From Patescibacteria group bacterium (lineage in GTDB: Bacteria; Patescibacteriota; JAQUNI01), in contig JAQUNI010000002.1 of NCBI GenBank assembly GCA_028717685.1, positions 7,903 through 71,902 on the forward strand: a stretch of DNA of 64,000 nt, in the 5' to 3' direction. The position numbers and the translations under genes were made by a program. This document shows, piece by piece, positions 37,326-47,848 of this stretch. The notes beneath the pieces are model-generated. The model was not told where the DNA came from. It was given only the letters and a program-made list of their open reading frames with translations, and did not search any database. The first letter of the stretch is position 1; every line of letters starts with the position of its first letter.

Positions 37326-38171
37326 ATGCCTCACATTGGTTTGGGCAAGGGATTGTCCGCCTTAATTCCTAATCTGCCTATAAATGAAAAGTCCCAGAAT
37401 GTAGATACGGAAATCGGGATAGACGAGGTTTTGATTTCGGAAATTAAGCCCAACCCGAATCAGCCGCGCAAGGAGATTGACCAAGAGAAACTTTTGGAGC
37501 TCGCAAGTTCTATTAAAGCCCACGGCATCCTGCAGCCTTTGATTATTAATGGGAACTATGAACTCATCGCAGGACAGCGGCGTCTGGAAGCGGCGCGCCT
37601 TGCGGGATTAAAGAGGGTGCCAGTAGCGATCCGTACGGGCAAAGAAAGCGATAACCTAGAGATGAGTATTATTGAAAATGTGCAGCGCGAAGATTTAAAC
37701 CCCATTGAAGAAGCGGAAGGTTATCAGTCTTTGATTCAGAAATTCGGTTTAACCCAGAACGAGGTTGCGAAAAGAGTGGGGAAGAATAGAAGCACGATTA
37801 CGAATATTCTGCGGCTTTTGGATTTACCTATAGAAATTCAGAAAGGAATCAGAGAGGAAAAAATTTCGGAAGGTCACGCCAAACTTATTTTAAGTCTTGC
37901 TAATCCCGAGAAACAACTAGGGCTGTATAAAAAGATTGTTCAAGATAGTTTGTCCGTACACAAAACCGAAGAGATTTTAAGAAAAGTGATGGTGAAAAAG
38001 CATCTGCGCGAGATTAAAGCCAAAGACCAGAGCTTGGTGGAAGCGGAAGAGCTTTTGCAAGAGGCTTTGGGCACGCGGGTTAAAGTTTCCCGCGACGGCA
38101 GAGTGGGAAGGATCACCATTGAATTTTATTCCGAGGAGGAATTGGAGGGGATTCTTGACAAAGTAAAGTAA
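37326..38171 (+). CDS. parB: ParB/Spo0J partition protein
   Basis: GLGKGLSALI, NPNQPRK, IAGQRR and ENVQREDLNPIEEA motifs. Confidence 0.96.
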   Translation: MPHIGLGKGLSALIPNLPINEKSQNVDTEIGIDEVLISEIKPNPNQPRKEIDQEKLLELASSIKAHGILQPLIINGNYELIAGQRRLEAARLAGLKRVPVAIRTGKESDNLEMSIIENVQREDLNPIEEAEGYQSLIQKFGLTQNEVAKRVGKNRSTITNILRLLDLPIEIQKGIREEKISEGHAKLILSLANPEKQLGLYKKIVQDSLSVHKTEEILRKVMVKKHLREIKAKDQSLVEAEELLQEALGTRVKVSRDGRVGRITIEFYSEEELEGILDKVK

Positions 38172-38302
38172 TTCATAGGAAATTAGAGAGTCAATGAAGA
38201 TCCTCTAAATGAGGATTTTCTTTGTATATCTTGAAAACTATTGGTTTGAATTTGAGTTGGTTCATTATTAAACTTAACAATAGTAGGTAGGAGGGATGAC
38301 GA

Positions 38303-39718
38303 GTGGGTAATTATTTGTTCACACGCAGCCTTGTCGGCGCAGCGACAAATGTGGCGCAGACGGGCTGGGGACAAAGATTGTTTAGAAATTCGGTGACTAA
38401 CCGTTCTTTCCAGGCAATGTTCCAAAAGGGGTTACTACATTTTTTGCGCGGTGATGATCCCGCGCGCGCGCGGATGATGGCTGATGTCGCTTGTATCACG
38501 AGCGGACTGGTCACTGCGGTCTATAGCCAAAATAGACCCAATAGCGTTAAGAAGGCTTTTGCTTTAATGATCCGGAGTATGGCTACTGTTAGCCATCGGG
38601 ATCGGGTGCGGGCAGAATGTGGAGCGGGACCGAGCTTTTTTGTGCTGAATCCGACACAACAATGCAATTTGTCTTGCTATGGGTGTTATGACGCTTGCAG
38701 GCGAGAAGGTCCGAGTTTATCTCTGGATATGATGGACTATATTGTATCCGAGATGAAGGATTTCGGCATTCATTTTGTAGTGGTGAGCGGTGGCGAGCCA
38801 TTTATGAGCGAAGATTTTCTGAAGCTGGCGGAATTGCATCAAGACGTCGTTTTTATGCCCTATACGAATGGCACGAAGATTGACGGGGCGGTCATTTCAG
38901 AACTGGCGCGGCTAGGCAATATCAGCCCTGCTATTTCCCTAGAGGGGACAGAGGCATTTACAGACGGACGCCGCGGTAAAGGTCATTTTCAGAAAATGAT
39001 GGAGATGATCGCCGCATTGCGCAAAGCTGGAATCGTTTATGGCTTCTCGGCAACCTGCACGCGCAATAATGCAAAATATTTGGCTAGTAAAGAGTTTATG
39101 GAGTGGTGCATTGCGCAAGGCTATCTTTATGGGTGGCTCTTTCAATATATTCCTATTGGGAGAAATCCCGATATTGATTTGATGGCAACACCTGAACAGA
39201 GATTCGTCCTCGGTGCGCTTGTGCGCGAGATACGGGCAGAGCATTGGCCCATTTTTCTCGCTGATTTCTGGAACGATGGCCAACTGGTAGATGGGTGCAT
39301 TGCCGCGGGCCGTCGATATTTTCATATCAACGCCTTCGGCGAAATCAAACCTTGCGTGTTCGCCCAAGTAGCGATTAGGGATACTGTTCATTTAATTAAA
39401 GCAGGCGAGGGAATTCATCCATCTATTGCCGCAGCGATTTCGAAGGATCCTTTAATGGTCGCATTCCGGAAGAACCAAGAGATACTGCGTCAGGAAGGGC
39501 ATTCTGTATTTCGTCCCTGTTCGGTGATTGATCATCCGCAATTATTCCGAGCATTGTGCCGGAGTCCGCACGCCACGCCTTTGACGCCTGATCGGTGCCC
39601 CCCATCTATGTTAGAGGAAGATGGTGAAATCGCGCGAGGGCTTGATGCATACGCCGCGGCTTATGCGCAGTTGATTGACGAGAAGACAGATGCTTTAAGC
39701 CTTATGGTCGCCGCCTAG
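38303..39718 (+). CDS. Radical SAM protein with C-terminal SPASM/twitch-like Cys motif
   Basis: CNLSCYGC, SGGEP, YTNG and GCIAAGRRYFHINAFGEIKPCVF motifs. Confidence 0.85.
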   Translation: MGNYLFTRSLVGAATNVAQTGWGQRLFRNSVTNRSFQAMFQKGLLHFLRGDDPARARMMADVACITSGLVTAVYSQNRPNSVKKAFALMIRSMATVSHRDRVRAECGAGPSFFVLNPTQQCNLSCYGCYDACRREGPSLSLDMMDYIVSEMKDFGIHFVVVSGGEPFMSEDFLKLAELHQDVVFMPYTNGTKIDGAVISELARLGNISPAISLEGTEAFTDGRRGKGHFQKMMEMIAALRKAGIVYGFSATCTRNNAKYLASKEFMEWCIAQGYLYGWLFQYIPIGRNPDIDLMATPEQRFVLGALVREIRAEHWPIFLADFWNDGQLVDGCIAAGRRYFHINAFGEIKPCVFAQVAIRDTVHLIKAGEGIHPSIAAAISKDPLMVAFRKNQEILRQEGHSVFRPCSVIDHPQLFRALCRSPHATPLTPDRCPPSMLEEDGEIARGLDAYAAAYAQLIDEKTDALSLMVAA

Positions 39719-39833
39719 AAATCTCAACCTAGATTATTTTAAATGTAATGCTGTGATTTAATCTAGGTTTTTTAATTATAAAAAATCCCTGGCAGATTAT
39801 TCCAGAGATTTTTGCCCCATTAGAAATAAATTT

Positions 39834-42059
39834 CTAACGGGGTTTGCATTCTTTATTGCTGCAGACCGCGGCACTTTCCTTGCCAAAGACAAGCAGACTG
39901 CCACATTCGGGGCATTTTTTGCCAGTGGGTTTGTTCCAAAGGGCAAACTCGCATTTCGGGTATTGGTCGCAGGCATAGAAGGTTCTCCCCTTTTTACTTC
40001 TTTTTTCAATAATTTCACCTTTTTCGCATTTGGGGCAGGAAACGCCGGTTTTCTTTACAACGGATTTAATATTTTTGCACGCGGGGTAACCCGAACAAGC
40101 GAGGAAAGGTCCGAAGCGTCCTTGGCGCACCACCATTTCTTTGCCACACTTTTCGCATTTTCCGCCAGCAAGTTCCTTTGCTAAAATTTTCTCTTCGCCT
40201 AAGGGCTCGGTGTGTTTGCATTCCGGATAACCAGTGCAAGCTAAAAATTTTCCAAAACGTCCGAGTTTCACCACCATCGCCTTACCGCAGTCAGGGCATT
40301 TTTTGTCGGTTTTTTGCTCGGTGATTTCTTTTTTGGAGATTTCCATTTCTTTGGTCTTTAAATTTTTAATAAAGGGATCATAAACCTCCCGCACCACGGG
40401 CACCCATTCTTTTTTTTGATTCGCGATTTCGTCCAGTTCATCTTCAATCTGGGCAGTAAAATGAATATCCACAATTTTAGGGAAATGTTTTACTAGAAGG
40501 TCATTGACCACGATGCCGATTTCTTGGGGGTGAAATTTTTTTTCAATTTTTTTTACATAGCCGCGGTTCTGAATCGTGGAGATGATTGGCGCGTACGTGG
40601 AGGGGCGGCCAATGCCGTATTTTTCCAAGGCGCGGACAAGTGACGCTTCGTTGTAGCGCGCCGGCGGTTCGGTAAAGTGCTGTTCCGATGCCAAGCGGGA
40701 TAGGCTAAGAATTTCGTTGTCTTCCAGTTTGGGCAGGTAAGTTTCAGTGGCGGAGGCAGGATAGATTTTCAAGAAGCCATCAAACTTAATTACCGCCCCT
40801 GCAGCTCGAAACAAATAATTTTTTGCCTGAATATCCACGGTCGTACCGTCAATAACCGCTTCTTTTGTTTGACAGGCGATGGCGCGTTTCCAAATCAATT
40901 CATAGAGTTTATATTGGCGCGGGTCTAGATAGTCCTTGATCTTTTCTGGGGTGAGGCTCGGAATCGTGGGTCGGATCGCCTCGTGCGCTTCTTGGGCGGA
41001 TTTTGTTTTGGTTTTGTAAAAACAAGGTTTTTGAGGCAGATAAGACACCCCGAGCTTTTTTTCAATTACCTCACGGATTTCTTTTACCGCCTTTGCCGCC
41101 AGGTTGGTGGAATCCGTGCGCATATAGGTAATTAAGCCTGTCGCTTCTTTTTCGCCAATTTTAACTCCCTCATAAAGTGTTTGGGCGAGCCGCATAGTGA
41201 ACTTTGTTGAAAAGCCAAAATGTTGAGCCGCCGCTTGCTGGAGAGTGGAAGTGGTAAAAGGAGCGAACGGTTTTCTCCGGATTTCTTTTTTGGCGATATT
41301 CGCTACTTTATAGACGGCATTTTTTAAATCCTGCAGAATTTTATCCGCTTCCTTTTTGGTCTTGATACCTAATCTAGGGATAGTTGTTTCACCGTTTTGT
41401 ATTAATGTCGCTTTAAATTCCTGCCCGCTTTTATCTGAAGCTTGCTCTCCCGCGCGGGGATTCTTTTTCAGCAACGAAGCGATGATTGTCCAGTATTCTT
41501 GCGGCTTAAATTTTTTAACTTCTTCTTCCCGTTCGCAAACAAGGCGCACGGTTACGGATTGCACCCTACCCGCGGAAAGACCTCTTGCTACCTTGCGCCA
41601 TAAAAAAGGGGAAAGTTTGTAACCGACGAGGCGATCCAAGATCCGCCGCGCCTGTTGCGCGTCAACGAGAGCGAGGTTAATCTCGCGAGGTTTTTTCAGA
41701 GCGGAAAGAATCGCTTCTTTGGTAATTTCGTGAAAAGCGATTCTTTGGGTATTTTTTTCTTTTAATCCCAGAGCTTTTTTTAAGTGCCAAGCAATCGCTT
41801 CGCCTTCACGGTCTTCGTCAGTGGCAAGATACACCTTGTTTGCTCGGTCAGCGAGGTCTTTCAATTTTTTGACTATTTTTCTCGCGCGCGGCGCGATCAC
41901 ATATTCGGGTTCAAAATTTTTACGCGTATTCACACCAAGCTTCTTTTGGGGTAAATCGCGGATATGACCATACGAGGATTCTACTTTATATTCCGAACCC
42001 AAAAAACGCGAAATAGTGTTCGCTTTGGTAGGAGATTCAACGATGACGAGATTCCTCAT
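39834..42059 (-). CDS. topA: DNA topoisomerase I
   Basis: LVIVESP, ATDEDREGE, SAGRVQS, ITYMRTDS motifs and C-terminal zinc ribbons. Confidence 0.97.
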   Translation of the reverse strand: MRNLVIVESPTKANTISRFLGSEYKVESSYGHIRDLPQKKLGVNTRKNFEPEYVIAPRARKIVKKLKDLADRANKVYLATDEDREGEAIAWHLKKALGLKEKNTQRIAFHEITKEAILSALKKPREINLALVDAQQARRILDRLVGYKLSPFLWRKVARGLSAGRVQSVTVRLVCEREEEVKKFKPQEYWTIIASLLKKNPRAGEQASDKSGQEFKATLIQNGETTIPRLGIKTKKEADKILQDLKNAVYKVANIAKKEIRRKPFAPFTTSTLQQAAAQHFGFSTKFTMRLAQTLYEGVKIGEKEATGLITYMRTDSTNLAAKAVKEIREVIEKKLGVSYLPQKPCFYKTKTKSAQEAHEAIRPTIPSLTPEKIKDYLDPRQYKLYELIWKRAIACQTKEAVIDGTTVDIQAKNYLFRAAGAVIKFDGFLKIYPASATETYLPKLEDNEILSLSRLASEQHFTEPPARYNEASLVRALEKYGIGRPSTYAPIISTIQNRGYVKKIEKKFHPQEIGIVVNDLLVKHFPKIVDIHFTAQIEDELDEIANQKKEWVPVVREVYDPFIKNLKTKEMEISKKEITEQKTDKKCPDCGKAMVVKLGRFGKFLACTGYPECKHTEPLGEEKILAKELAGGKCEKCGKEMVVRQGRFGPFLACSGYPACKNIKSVVKKTGVSCPKCEKGEIIEKRSKKGRTFYACDQYPKCEFALWNKPTGKKCPECGSLLVFGKESAAVCSNKECKPR

Positions 42060-42199
42060 ACAATAATTTTTAATTTCTAATTTTCAATTTTTATTAAATT
42101 TCTAATGTTTTAATTTTTAAACTTCCTTATTGAAAAATGAGTGTTTGGAAATTGATCCATTGAAAATTTAATAGAAATTAGAAATTGAAAATTTGAAAT

Positions 42200-43294
42200 T
42201 TATCTTGCTATCACATAATTCGCGCTTCCAATATTGCGAACAATACCTTTCATTTCTAGGATTGTCAATGTTGTGGATATCTTAGCCGGCGCGAGTTTTG
42301 TTTTTTTGGCTAATGCGTCAATGTAAATTGGCTCGCCAGAAAGATGTTGCAGCACTAAAGCTTCTTCGGGATTATCGGGGGTGATTTTTTGGTTTCTTGG
42401 GATTTCCTGCAAGACACTTAAATTCAATTCTTCTAAAATATCTTGGATATTAGTTACGAGTTTAGCGCCTATTTTAATCAAATAATTAGTCCCGCGCGAA
42501 CAAGGATTATAAATGGAGCCGGGCACGGCGAAGACTTCGCGATTTTGTTCTAAAGCGGCGCGCGCGGTAATCAAAGTGCCGCTTTTTTCACCCGCTTCAA
42601 TAATCAGAGCTCCCTTGGAGAGACCAGAAATAATGCGATTGCGCTGCGGAAAATTTTGTTTTAATGGGCGGGTAGCAGGCGGGTATTCGGAGACCAGAGC
42701 GCCGCCTCTTCGGATAATATTTTGGGCAAGCTGCCAATTCGCCCGCGGATAAATTGAAGGATCGTCCACGCCTCCGCCCAAAACCGCGATGGTGTAGCCG
42801 CCAAAATTCAAACAAGCTTGATGGCTAAGGGCGTCAATGCCTAAAGCCAATCCGGAGACGATGGTGATTTGGGCTTGGACAAGCAGACCTACAAGTTGAA
42901 ATGCTACTTCTCGGCCATAAGATGTGGGTTTGCGCGTGCCGACTACGCTTAAAGAGGTATCGTTCGGATTTGTAATTTGACCGCGCAGATACAAGATTGC
43001 CGGCGGGTCATAAGTTTCTTTGAGGAGAGGGGGATAATCTTTATCTTGAATGGTGATGGCTTGAATCCCCTGCGCTGTTAATTTCTGCCATTCCGTTTCA
43101 GGATTGACACGCTGGCGTTCCGCGCAGATTCTTTCGCTTACTTCTTCCGAAATGCCGCTTTTGATGATTTCCGTGCAGGGCGCGAACCAGGCTTTTTCTA
43201 AATCCGAAAAATAAGCAATAAGCTTTTTAAACTTTAATGGTCCGATGTTGGGAATCAAATTGAAGGCGTGATAATATTTAGCGTCACTGGGCAT
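42200..43294 (-). CDS. dprA: DNA-processing protein DprA
   Basis: VVGTRKPTSYG, VSGLALGID, FPQRNRIISGLS and SGTLITA motifs. Confidence 0.95.
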   Translation of the reverse strand: MPSDAKYYHAFNLIPNIGPLKFKKLIAYFSDLEKAWFAPCTEIIKSGISEEVSERICAERQRVNPETEWQKLTAQGIQAITIQDKDYPPLLKETYDPPAILYLRGQITNPNDTSLSVVGTRKPTSYGREVAFQLVGLLVQAQITIVSGLALGIDALSHQACLNFGGYTIAVLGGGVDDPSIYPRANWQLAQNIIRRGGALVSEYPPATRPLKQNFPQRNRIISGLSKGALIIEAGEKSGTLITARAALEQNREVFAVPGSIYNPCSRGTNYLIKIGAKLVTNIQDILEELNLSVLQEIPRNQKITPDNPEEALVLQHLSGEPIYIDALAKKTKLAPAKISTTLTILEMKGIVRNIGSANYVIAR

Positions 43295-43305
43295 TTTTAT
43301 GTTTT

Positions 43306-43334
43306 GTAGAGACGTTGCATTGCAACGTCTCTAC
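43306..43334. repeat. GTAG-type REP palindrome; relatives at 35741-35768, 46697-46721, 47401-47428 and 12865-12890
   Basis: gtagagacgttgca-t-tgcaacgtctctac, a perfect 14-bp inverted repeat. Confidence 0.8.
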
Positions 43335-43335
43335 T

Positions 43336-43680
43336 TCATTTCAATTTATTTAGTCCCTCAAAATGTATTTCATTGTCCTGAAATACCGCGGTGACTTTAT
43401 ATTTCCCTTTGGTGCAAACCTCGCCATTTTTTAAAAAATGGGTGGCTTCCAAAATAATAATACTGGCTTTAGGGCGGGAAAGAATCTCATTGCCCTTGGT
43501 TTCCATAAGCGGGATTTCACCAAAAAGCCAATAATTTCTTTGACCTTTTTTAAGAAAGGAATAGATTTTTTTTATCTGAAGATTTGGAGGGATGCATTCT
43601 TCGCGTTTGCGGTTGCCCTTTTTGTATTCAGAAATATTCCTTAAAGCAAGGTCGGGATTAAATTCAACTTGGATGCCCAT
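43336..43680 (-). CDS. Hypothetical protein
   Basis: 114-aa ORF with ATG start, co-oriented with dprA; no function recognised. Confidence 0.7.
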   Translation of the reverse strand: MGIQVEFNPDLALRNISEYKKGNRKREECIPPNLQIKKIYSFLKKGQRNYWLFGEIPLMETKGNEILSRPKASIIILEATHFLKNGEVCTKGKYKVTAVFQDNEIHFEGLNKLK

Positions 43681-44021
43681 AGAAATAAATTAAAAATTTA
43701 AAATTAAAAGTGAAAAATTTGAGAGAATTTTATTAGATTTTTCAATATCCCATCCGCTCGGTGGGGTATTTTATTTAAGCCAAAATAATCCTAAAATAAG
43801 TTTTGCCAATATTGACATAATATTTAATATATTGTATCATAAAATTCCTTCGTGAAATTCGTATTAAATATTTTCCCTCGGTAATTCATTCCGGTTAATG
43901 ATTCCCAGCACCTTAAAAAATCAATCAGCCTATCCGCGCCTATTGTAGGGTAAAGTTTTAGTTTCTACAGTTTGTACTTACTTAATCACAGCAACTAAAT
44001 AATCAAAAAAGGAGTCACGGC

Positions 44022-44513
44022 ATGAAAGAACAAAATGTTTTTCTTTTGGAGATTAATCAACCAAAAACTACTGTTCAAAAATTCTTAAAGGATCATTATG
44101 GTGGAAGACAAAGTCTCCTTGGCTGGGTGCAACCCAAAATCAGAGAGGAGTGGGATTTATCAATAGGTAGTGAAGAAAAAAAGCAAATAAAGGTTAAATT
44201 GATCGAGTTTCCAGGAGAGGTCTCTTTCGAAGAAATTCTACAAGAGCTTCAACATCAGAACCTCAATCAGCCTACAATAGAACAGTCTTTTGATTGCACT
44301 ATTCGTTTGGCTCAATCTTACCCGGAAGAAGTAGAAGAAAAAGCTATAGTCTTCCCACATAAACCTTGGAAATCAAAAACTAAGTCTCAGTTTGTTACTT
44401 CCGAAGGGCTGCTTGTTCTTTGTAATCTAGCAGGAGGACCAAGCCTTGCTCTTCAATGGCACGATAAATGGCCCTCCAAATATAGATATGCGGGTATCCT
44501 GCCTCCTAATTAG
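44022..44513 (+). CDS. Hypothetical protein
   Basis: AAGGAG RBS; TTGACA...TATCAT promoter-like motif at about 43812-43840. Confidence 0.65.
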   Translation: MKEQNVFLLEINQPKTTVQKFLKDHYGGRQSLLGWVQPKIREEWDLSIGSEEKKQIKVKLIEFPGEVSFEEILQELQHQNLNQPTIEQSFDCTIRLAQSYPEEVEEKAIVFPHKPWKSKTKSQFVTSEGLLVLCNLAGGPSLALQWHDKWPSKYRYAGILPPN

Positions 44514-44539
44514 CAAAACTAACTTATGCAAAGTTGTAC

Positions 44540-47500
44540 TTAACTAAAGTGCAACTTTTTTAATATTTTCAAACTCTCTTTTAATTCTTTTACCCACTCT
44601 TTACCTAAATCCTCAAAATCAATCTTCACTTTGTTTTCGCCAATGATCCAACGGGGATTATGTTTTAAAAGTTCGCCTATTTTGTCCCAGTCCATTTCTT
44701 CGGCAAAGTCTAAGATGATGCGTTGTCTTGGGCGGCCATCAATTCCCCAAACCTTGATTGTATCAATAGCTTTTATTCTCGCTGTCCGGGCGAGGATTTT
44801 TATTCCCAGAATCTGGAAGAGATTTTTCACTTCTTCGGGCAAGGGACCATACGCTTTTTCCATTTTATTTTTAAGAAGCGTTAGGTCGGCAAAAGCATTA
44901 ATGCCGCTTAGTTGGTGGTAGTAGGAAAGCCGTTTTTTCTCGGCAGGAATGAAGCGTTGCGGCAAGCGCGCCGGAAGAGGTAGGTCAATAGAGACTTCCA
45001 GAATGGGTTCAGGAACCTTGCCGGTCTTGAATTCTTGGATTGCTTGGCTAAGAAGCTTGGTGTATAAATACAACCCGATAGAATTGACATTGCCTGATTG
45101 CTCACGACCCAAGATATTGCCCGACCCTCGGATTTCCAGATCGCGCATCGCGATATTGAATCCTGAGCCGAGTTCCTGCATGGAAAGGAGAGCCTCTAAT
45201 CTTTTGCTCGCGGCTGCTGGAAGCTTTTCTTGGTGATAGAAAAAATAGGCGTAAGCTTGGCGTGTTCCTCGGCCAATGCGGCCGCGGATTTGATAGAGCT
45301 GGGAGAGGCCGAATTGCGGCGCGTTATCCACAATGAGCGTATTCACGTTCGGGAGGTCCAATCCGTTTTCAATAATGGTGGTGGCGATCAGAATCTGGAT
45401 TTTTCCTTCATCAAATTGTTGCATTACGCGGGTTAAATCGCGTTCGTTCATCTGACCGTGGGCGACGTCAATTTTGGCTTCGGGAATAAGTTTCTGAATT
45501 TTTTTCGCGAAAGGCAGAATTGTTTCCACTTTATTATAAAGATAATACACTTGTCCTTCTCTTTCAAGTTCGCGGCGAATCGCTTTTTGGATGAGTTTGT
45601 TTTTAGCAAGATGCACATAGGTCTTGATTGCTTTGCGGCCGGCGGGCGCGGTTTGAATGCTGCTGATATCGCGGAGGCCGGAAAGAGTAAAGTTCAGGGT
45701 GCGTGGGATAGGCGTCGCGGAAAGAGTAAGAATATCAAGGTTAGGCCGCAGCGATTTTAATTTTTCCTTGTGGCGCACGCCAAAACGTTGTTCCTCGTCA
45801 ATAATGATCAAGCCCAGGTTAAAAAAATAAACATCAGGGGAGAGGAGACGATGGGTGCCGATAACAATGTCTATTTTTCCTCGTTTTAAATCTTTTAAGG
45901 TTTGTTTTTGACGCTTTTTAGATTGGAAGCGCGACAGGAGACCAATCCTCACATCTAATGATCGCAGCCTTTTTTTAAAAGTATCAAAGTGCTGCTGGGC
46001 GAGAATGGTGGTAGGCGCGAGGAGCGCGATCTGCTTTTTGTTTTCACACGCCTTAAAGGCGGCGCGAATGGCGACTTCGGTTTTGCCGAAACCCACATCG
46101 CCGCAAATTAAACGGTCCATTGGAAGAGCACTTTCCATATCAGTCTTTACATCGCGAATTGCTTTCTCCTGATCTTGTGTCTCGGAGTAGGGGAAGGACG
46201 CTTCCAGCGCGTTTTGGCGGGGAGTGTCAGGCATAAAAATAAACCCTTTTTCAGTTTGGCGCGCTGCTTGAATTTTTAAAAGTTCCGCGGCCATTTTTTT
46301 AGCGTCAACCTGAACTTGTTTTTTGATTTGGTGCCAAATGCCGCCATGTAAGCGGTGGATGACGGGATTTTCCCGCCCGATATAGCGCGTGATTTTATCC
46401 GCCTGATCAATAGGCAGGAAAAGCTTATCGCTATAAGCGTATTCTAAACAAAAATATTCTCTCACGAGATGGTCAATCTCTTTTTGGACCATTCCGACAA
46501 ATTTGCCGATGCCGTGGTCAATATGCACGATATACATTCCGGGCGTGAGGGCGTTCAGAGGTTCAATATCCATTTGAAAACGGCGCTCGCGGCGCCTTTG
46601 TCTTCGGAAACCGAAGATTTCCGTGTCCGTGAAGACAATAATTTTTTCTTTTTTATTTTGGAAACCAGCGGAAAGCGAAAAGGGGGTTATTACTGCGGAG
46701 ACAGGTTCAAAACTTGTCTCCATAAGAGGCAATTTTTGGCTTGCGATAAAGACTTGATAATTTTTTTTCCTGAATTGCTGGAGAGCGCTGTTTAATGTTT
46801 GAAGATTACCCAAAGCTAGGGGAGGATTCTGAAAACTGAATCGGACTACATTTTCCGGCTCTGCACAAGGGAAGGATTCAAAAACAATCAAAGGAAATTT
46901 TTTCAGCCTTTTTTTCAATTCGGGTTCGGGTTCGTCCAGAATGATGGTAGTTTGGGAAGGAAGCCAGTCTAAAAGAGTGCCTTGGGGATTTTTGATAGTT
47001 AAGGGGGGAATTGTTATATTGTTATATTGTTGTATTGCCTGACCTTGGTTAATTGCTTTCAAGCTTTCTATTTGATTGCCAAATAATTCTAGGCGGACAG
47101 GGTGCGGTTGAAAGGGAGGAAAGATATCCATAATTCCACCCCGCACAGCAAAGGTGCCTGGAGAATGAGCGGCTTTTTCTTTTTGATAATGGGCGGATAA
47201 AAGAAAACCGATTAGTTTGGGCAAGTTGAGAGTCTGCCCTTCCGAGAGCCGCAAGCTTTTGGATTCTAATTCTTTTGGCGAGGGAAATTTTTGAGCGAGA
47301 ATTTCCGTTTGCGCTAAAACCAATATTGGTTCGTTATCCTTAAGGCGGGAGAAGATTGGATAATTTTTTATTAAAACATCAGCGTTTGATTCCAGAATTG
47401 CGGAGACAGGTTTAAAGCCTGTCTCTACTGCATTCAGATTTTTTTGCCAAAATTGGATTTGGGTAAGCCAGATTTTCGGATTTTTAGCGCATAGCAAAGA

Positions 47501-47602
47501 AGCCCCTTTTCGCATAAGGGGGGAGGTAGCCAAGACATAAGGCTTAGCCGTTTGCGGCACGCCAGTCCAATATTGAATTTTGGTCAGCGGTTCTGTTGAC
47601 AA
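44540..47602 (-). CDS. mfd: Transcription-repair coupling factor
   Basis: VRGGIMDIF, CarD-like VHIDHGIG, GDVGFGKT, DEEQRFG, QIRGRIGR and TRCF C-terminus; start uncertain. Confidence 0.95.
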   Translation of the reverse strand: MSTEPLTKIQYWTGVPQTAKPYVLATSPLMRKGASLLCAKNPKIWLTQIQFWQKNLNAVETGFKPVSAILESNADVLIKNYPIFSRLKDNEPILVLAQTEILAQKFPSPKELESKSLRLSEGQTLNLPKLIGFLLSAHYQKEKAAHSPGTFAVRGGIMDIFPPFQPHPVRLELFGNQIESLKAINQGQAIQQYNNITIPPLTIKNPQGTLLDWLPSQTTIILDEPEPELKKRLKKFPLIVFESFPCAEPENVVRFSFQNPPLALGNLQTLNSALQQFRKKNYQVFIASQKLPLMETSFEPVSAVITPFSLSAGFQNKKEKIIVFTDTEIFGFRRQRRRERRFQMDIEPLNALTPGMYIVHIDHGIGKFVGMVQKEIDHLVREYFCLEYAYSDKLFLPIDQADKITRYIGRENPVIHRLHGGIWHQIKKQVQVDAKKMAAELLKIQAARQTEKGFIFMPDTPRQNALEASFPYSETQDQEKAIRDVKTDMESALPMDRLICGDVGFGKTEVAIRAAFKACENKKQIALLAPTTILAQQHFDTFKKRLRSLDVRIGLLSRFQSKKRQKQTLKDLKRGKIDIVIGTHRLLSPDVYFFNLGLIIIDEEQRFGVRHKEKLKSLRPNLDILTLSATPIPRTLNFTLSGLRDISSIQTAPAGRKAIKTYVHLAKNKLIQKAIRRELEREGQVYYLYNKVETILPFAKKIQKLIPEAKIDVAHGQMNERDLTRVMQQFDEGKIQILIATTIIENGLDLPNVNTLIVDNAPQFGLSQLYQIRGRIGRGTRQAYAYFFYHQEKLPAAASKRLEALLSMQELGSGFNIAMRDLEIRGSGNILGREQSGNVNSIGLYLYTKLLSQAIQEFKTGKVPEPILEVSIDLPLPARLPQRFIPAEKKRLSYYHQLSGINAFADLTLLKNKMEKAYGPLPEEVKNLFQILGIKILARTARIKAIDTIKVWGIDGRPRQRIILDFAEEMDWDKIGELLKHNPRWIIGENKVKIDFEDLGKEWVKELKESLKILKKLHFS

Positions 47603-47624
47603 GGGGATAGCGATATGATAAATT
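47596..47624 (+). promoter_or_regulatory. Sigma70-type promoter, divergent from mfd
   Basis: TTGACA-17 nt-TAAATT with a TGn extension. Confidence 0.55.
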
Positions 47625-47727
47625 TTACTGTTTTACCGCGGTTGCATTGTCTCATTGTTTCTTTATTCCATTGAAGTGGAAATTTATCAATGAAGCAATG
47701 AAACCATGAAACAATATTCTTCTTCGC

Positions 47728-47848
47728 TACCCCATTTGCAAGTGGCGAAAGTAGGAGCCAATCCCTCCTTAGGTCTTCTACAAGTAGCTGTTAACTTAAG
47801 GTCCAAAACCTTTATGGTTTTTGCGGCTCTAGACTTGCAAGTGGGATA
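47728..47848 (+). ncRNA. Candidate rod-shaped structured RNA (6S-like)
   Basis: Nested stems ccatttgcaagt/acttgcaagtgg, ggagcc/ggctct and ccttaggt/acttaagg around an asymmetric bubble. G-U pairs favour the + strand. Confidence 0.35.
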
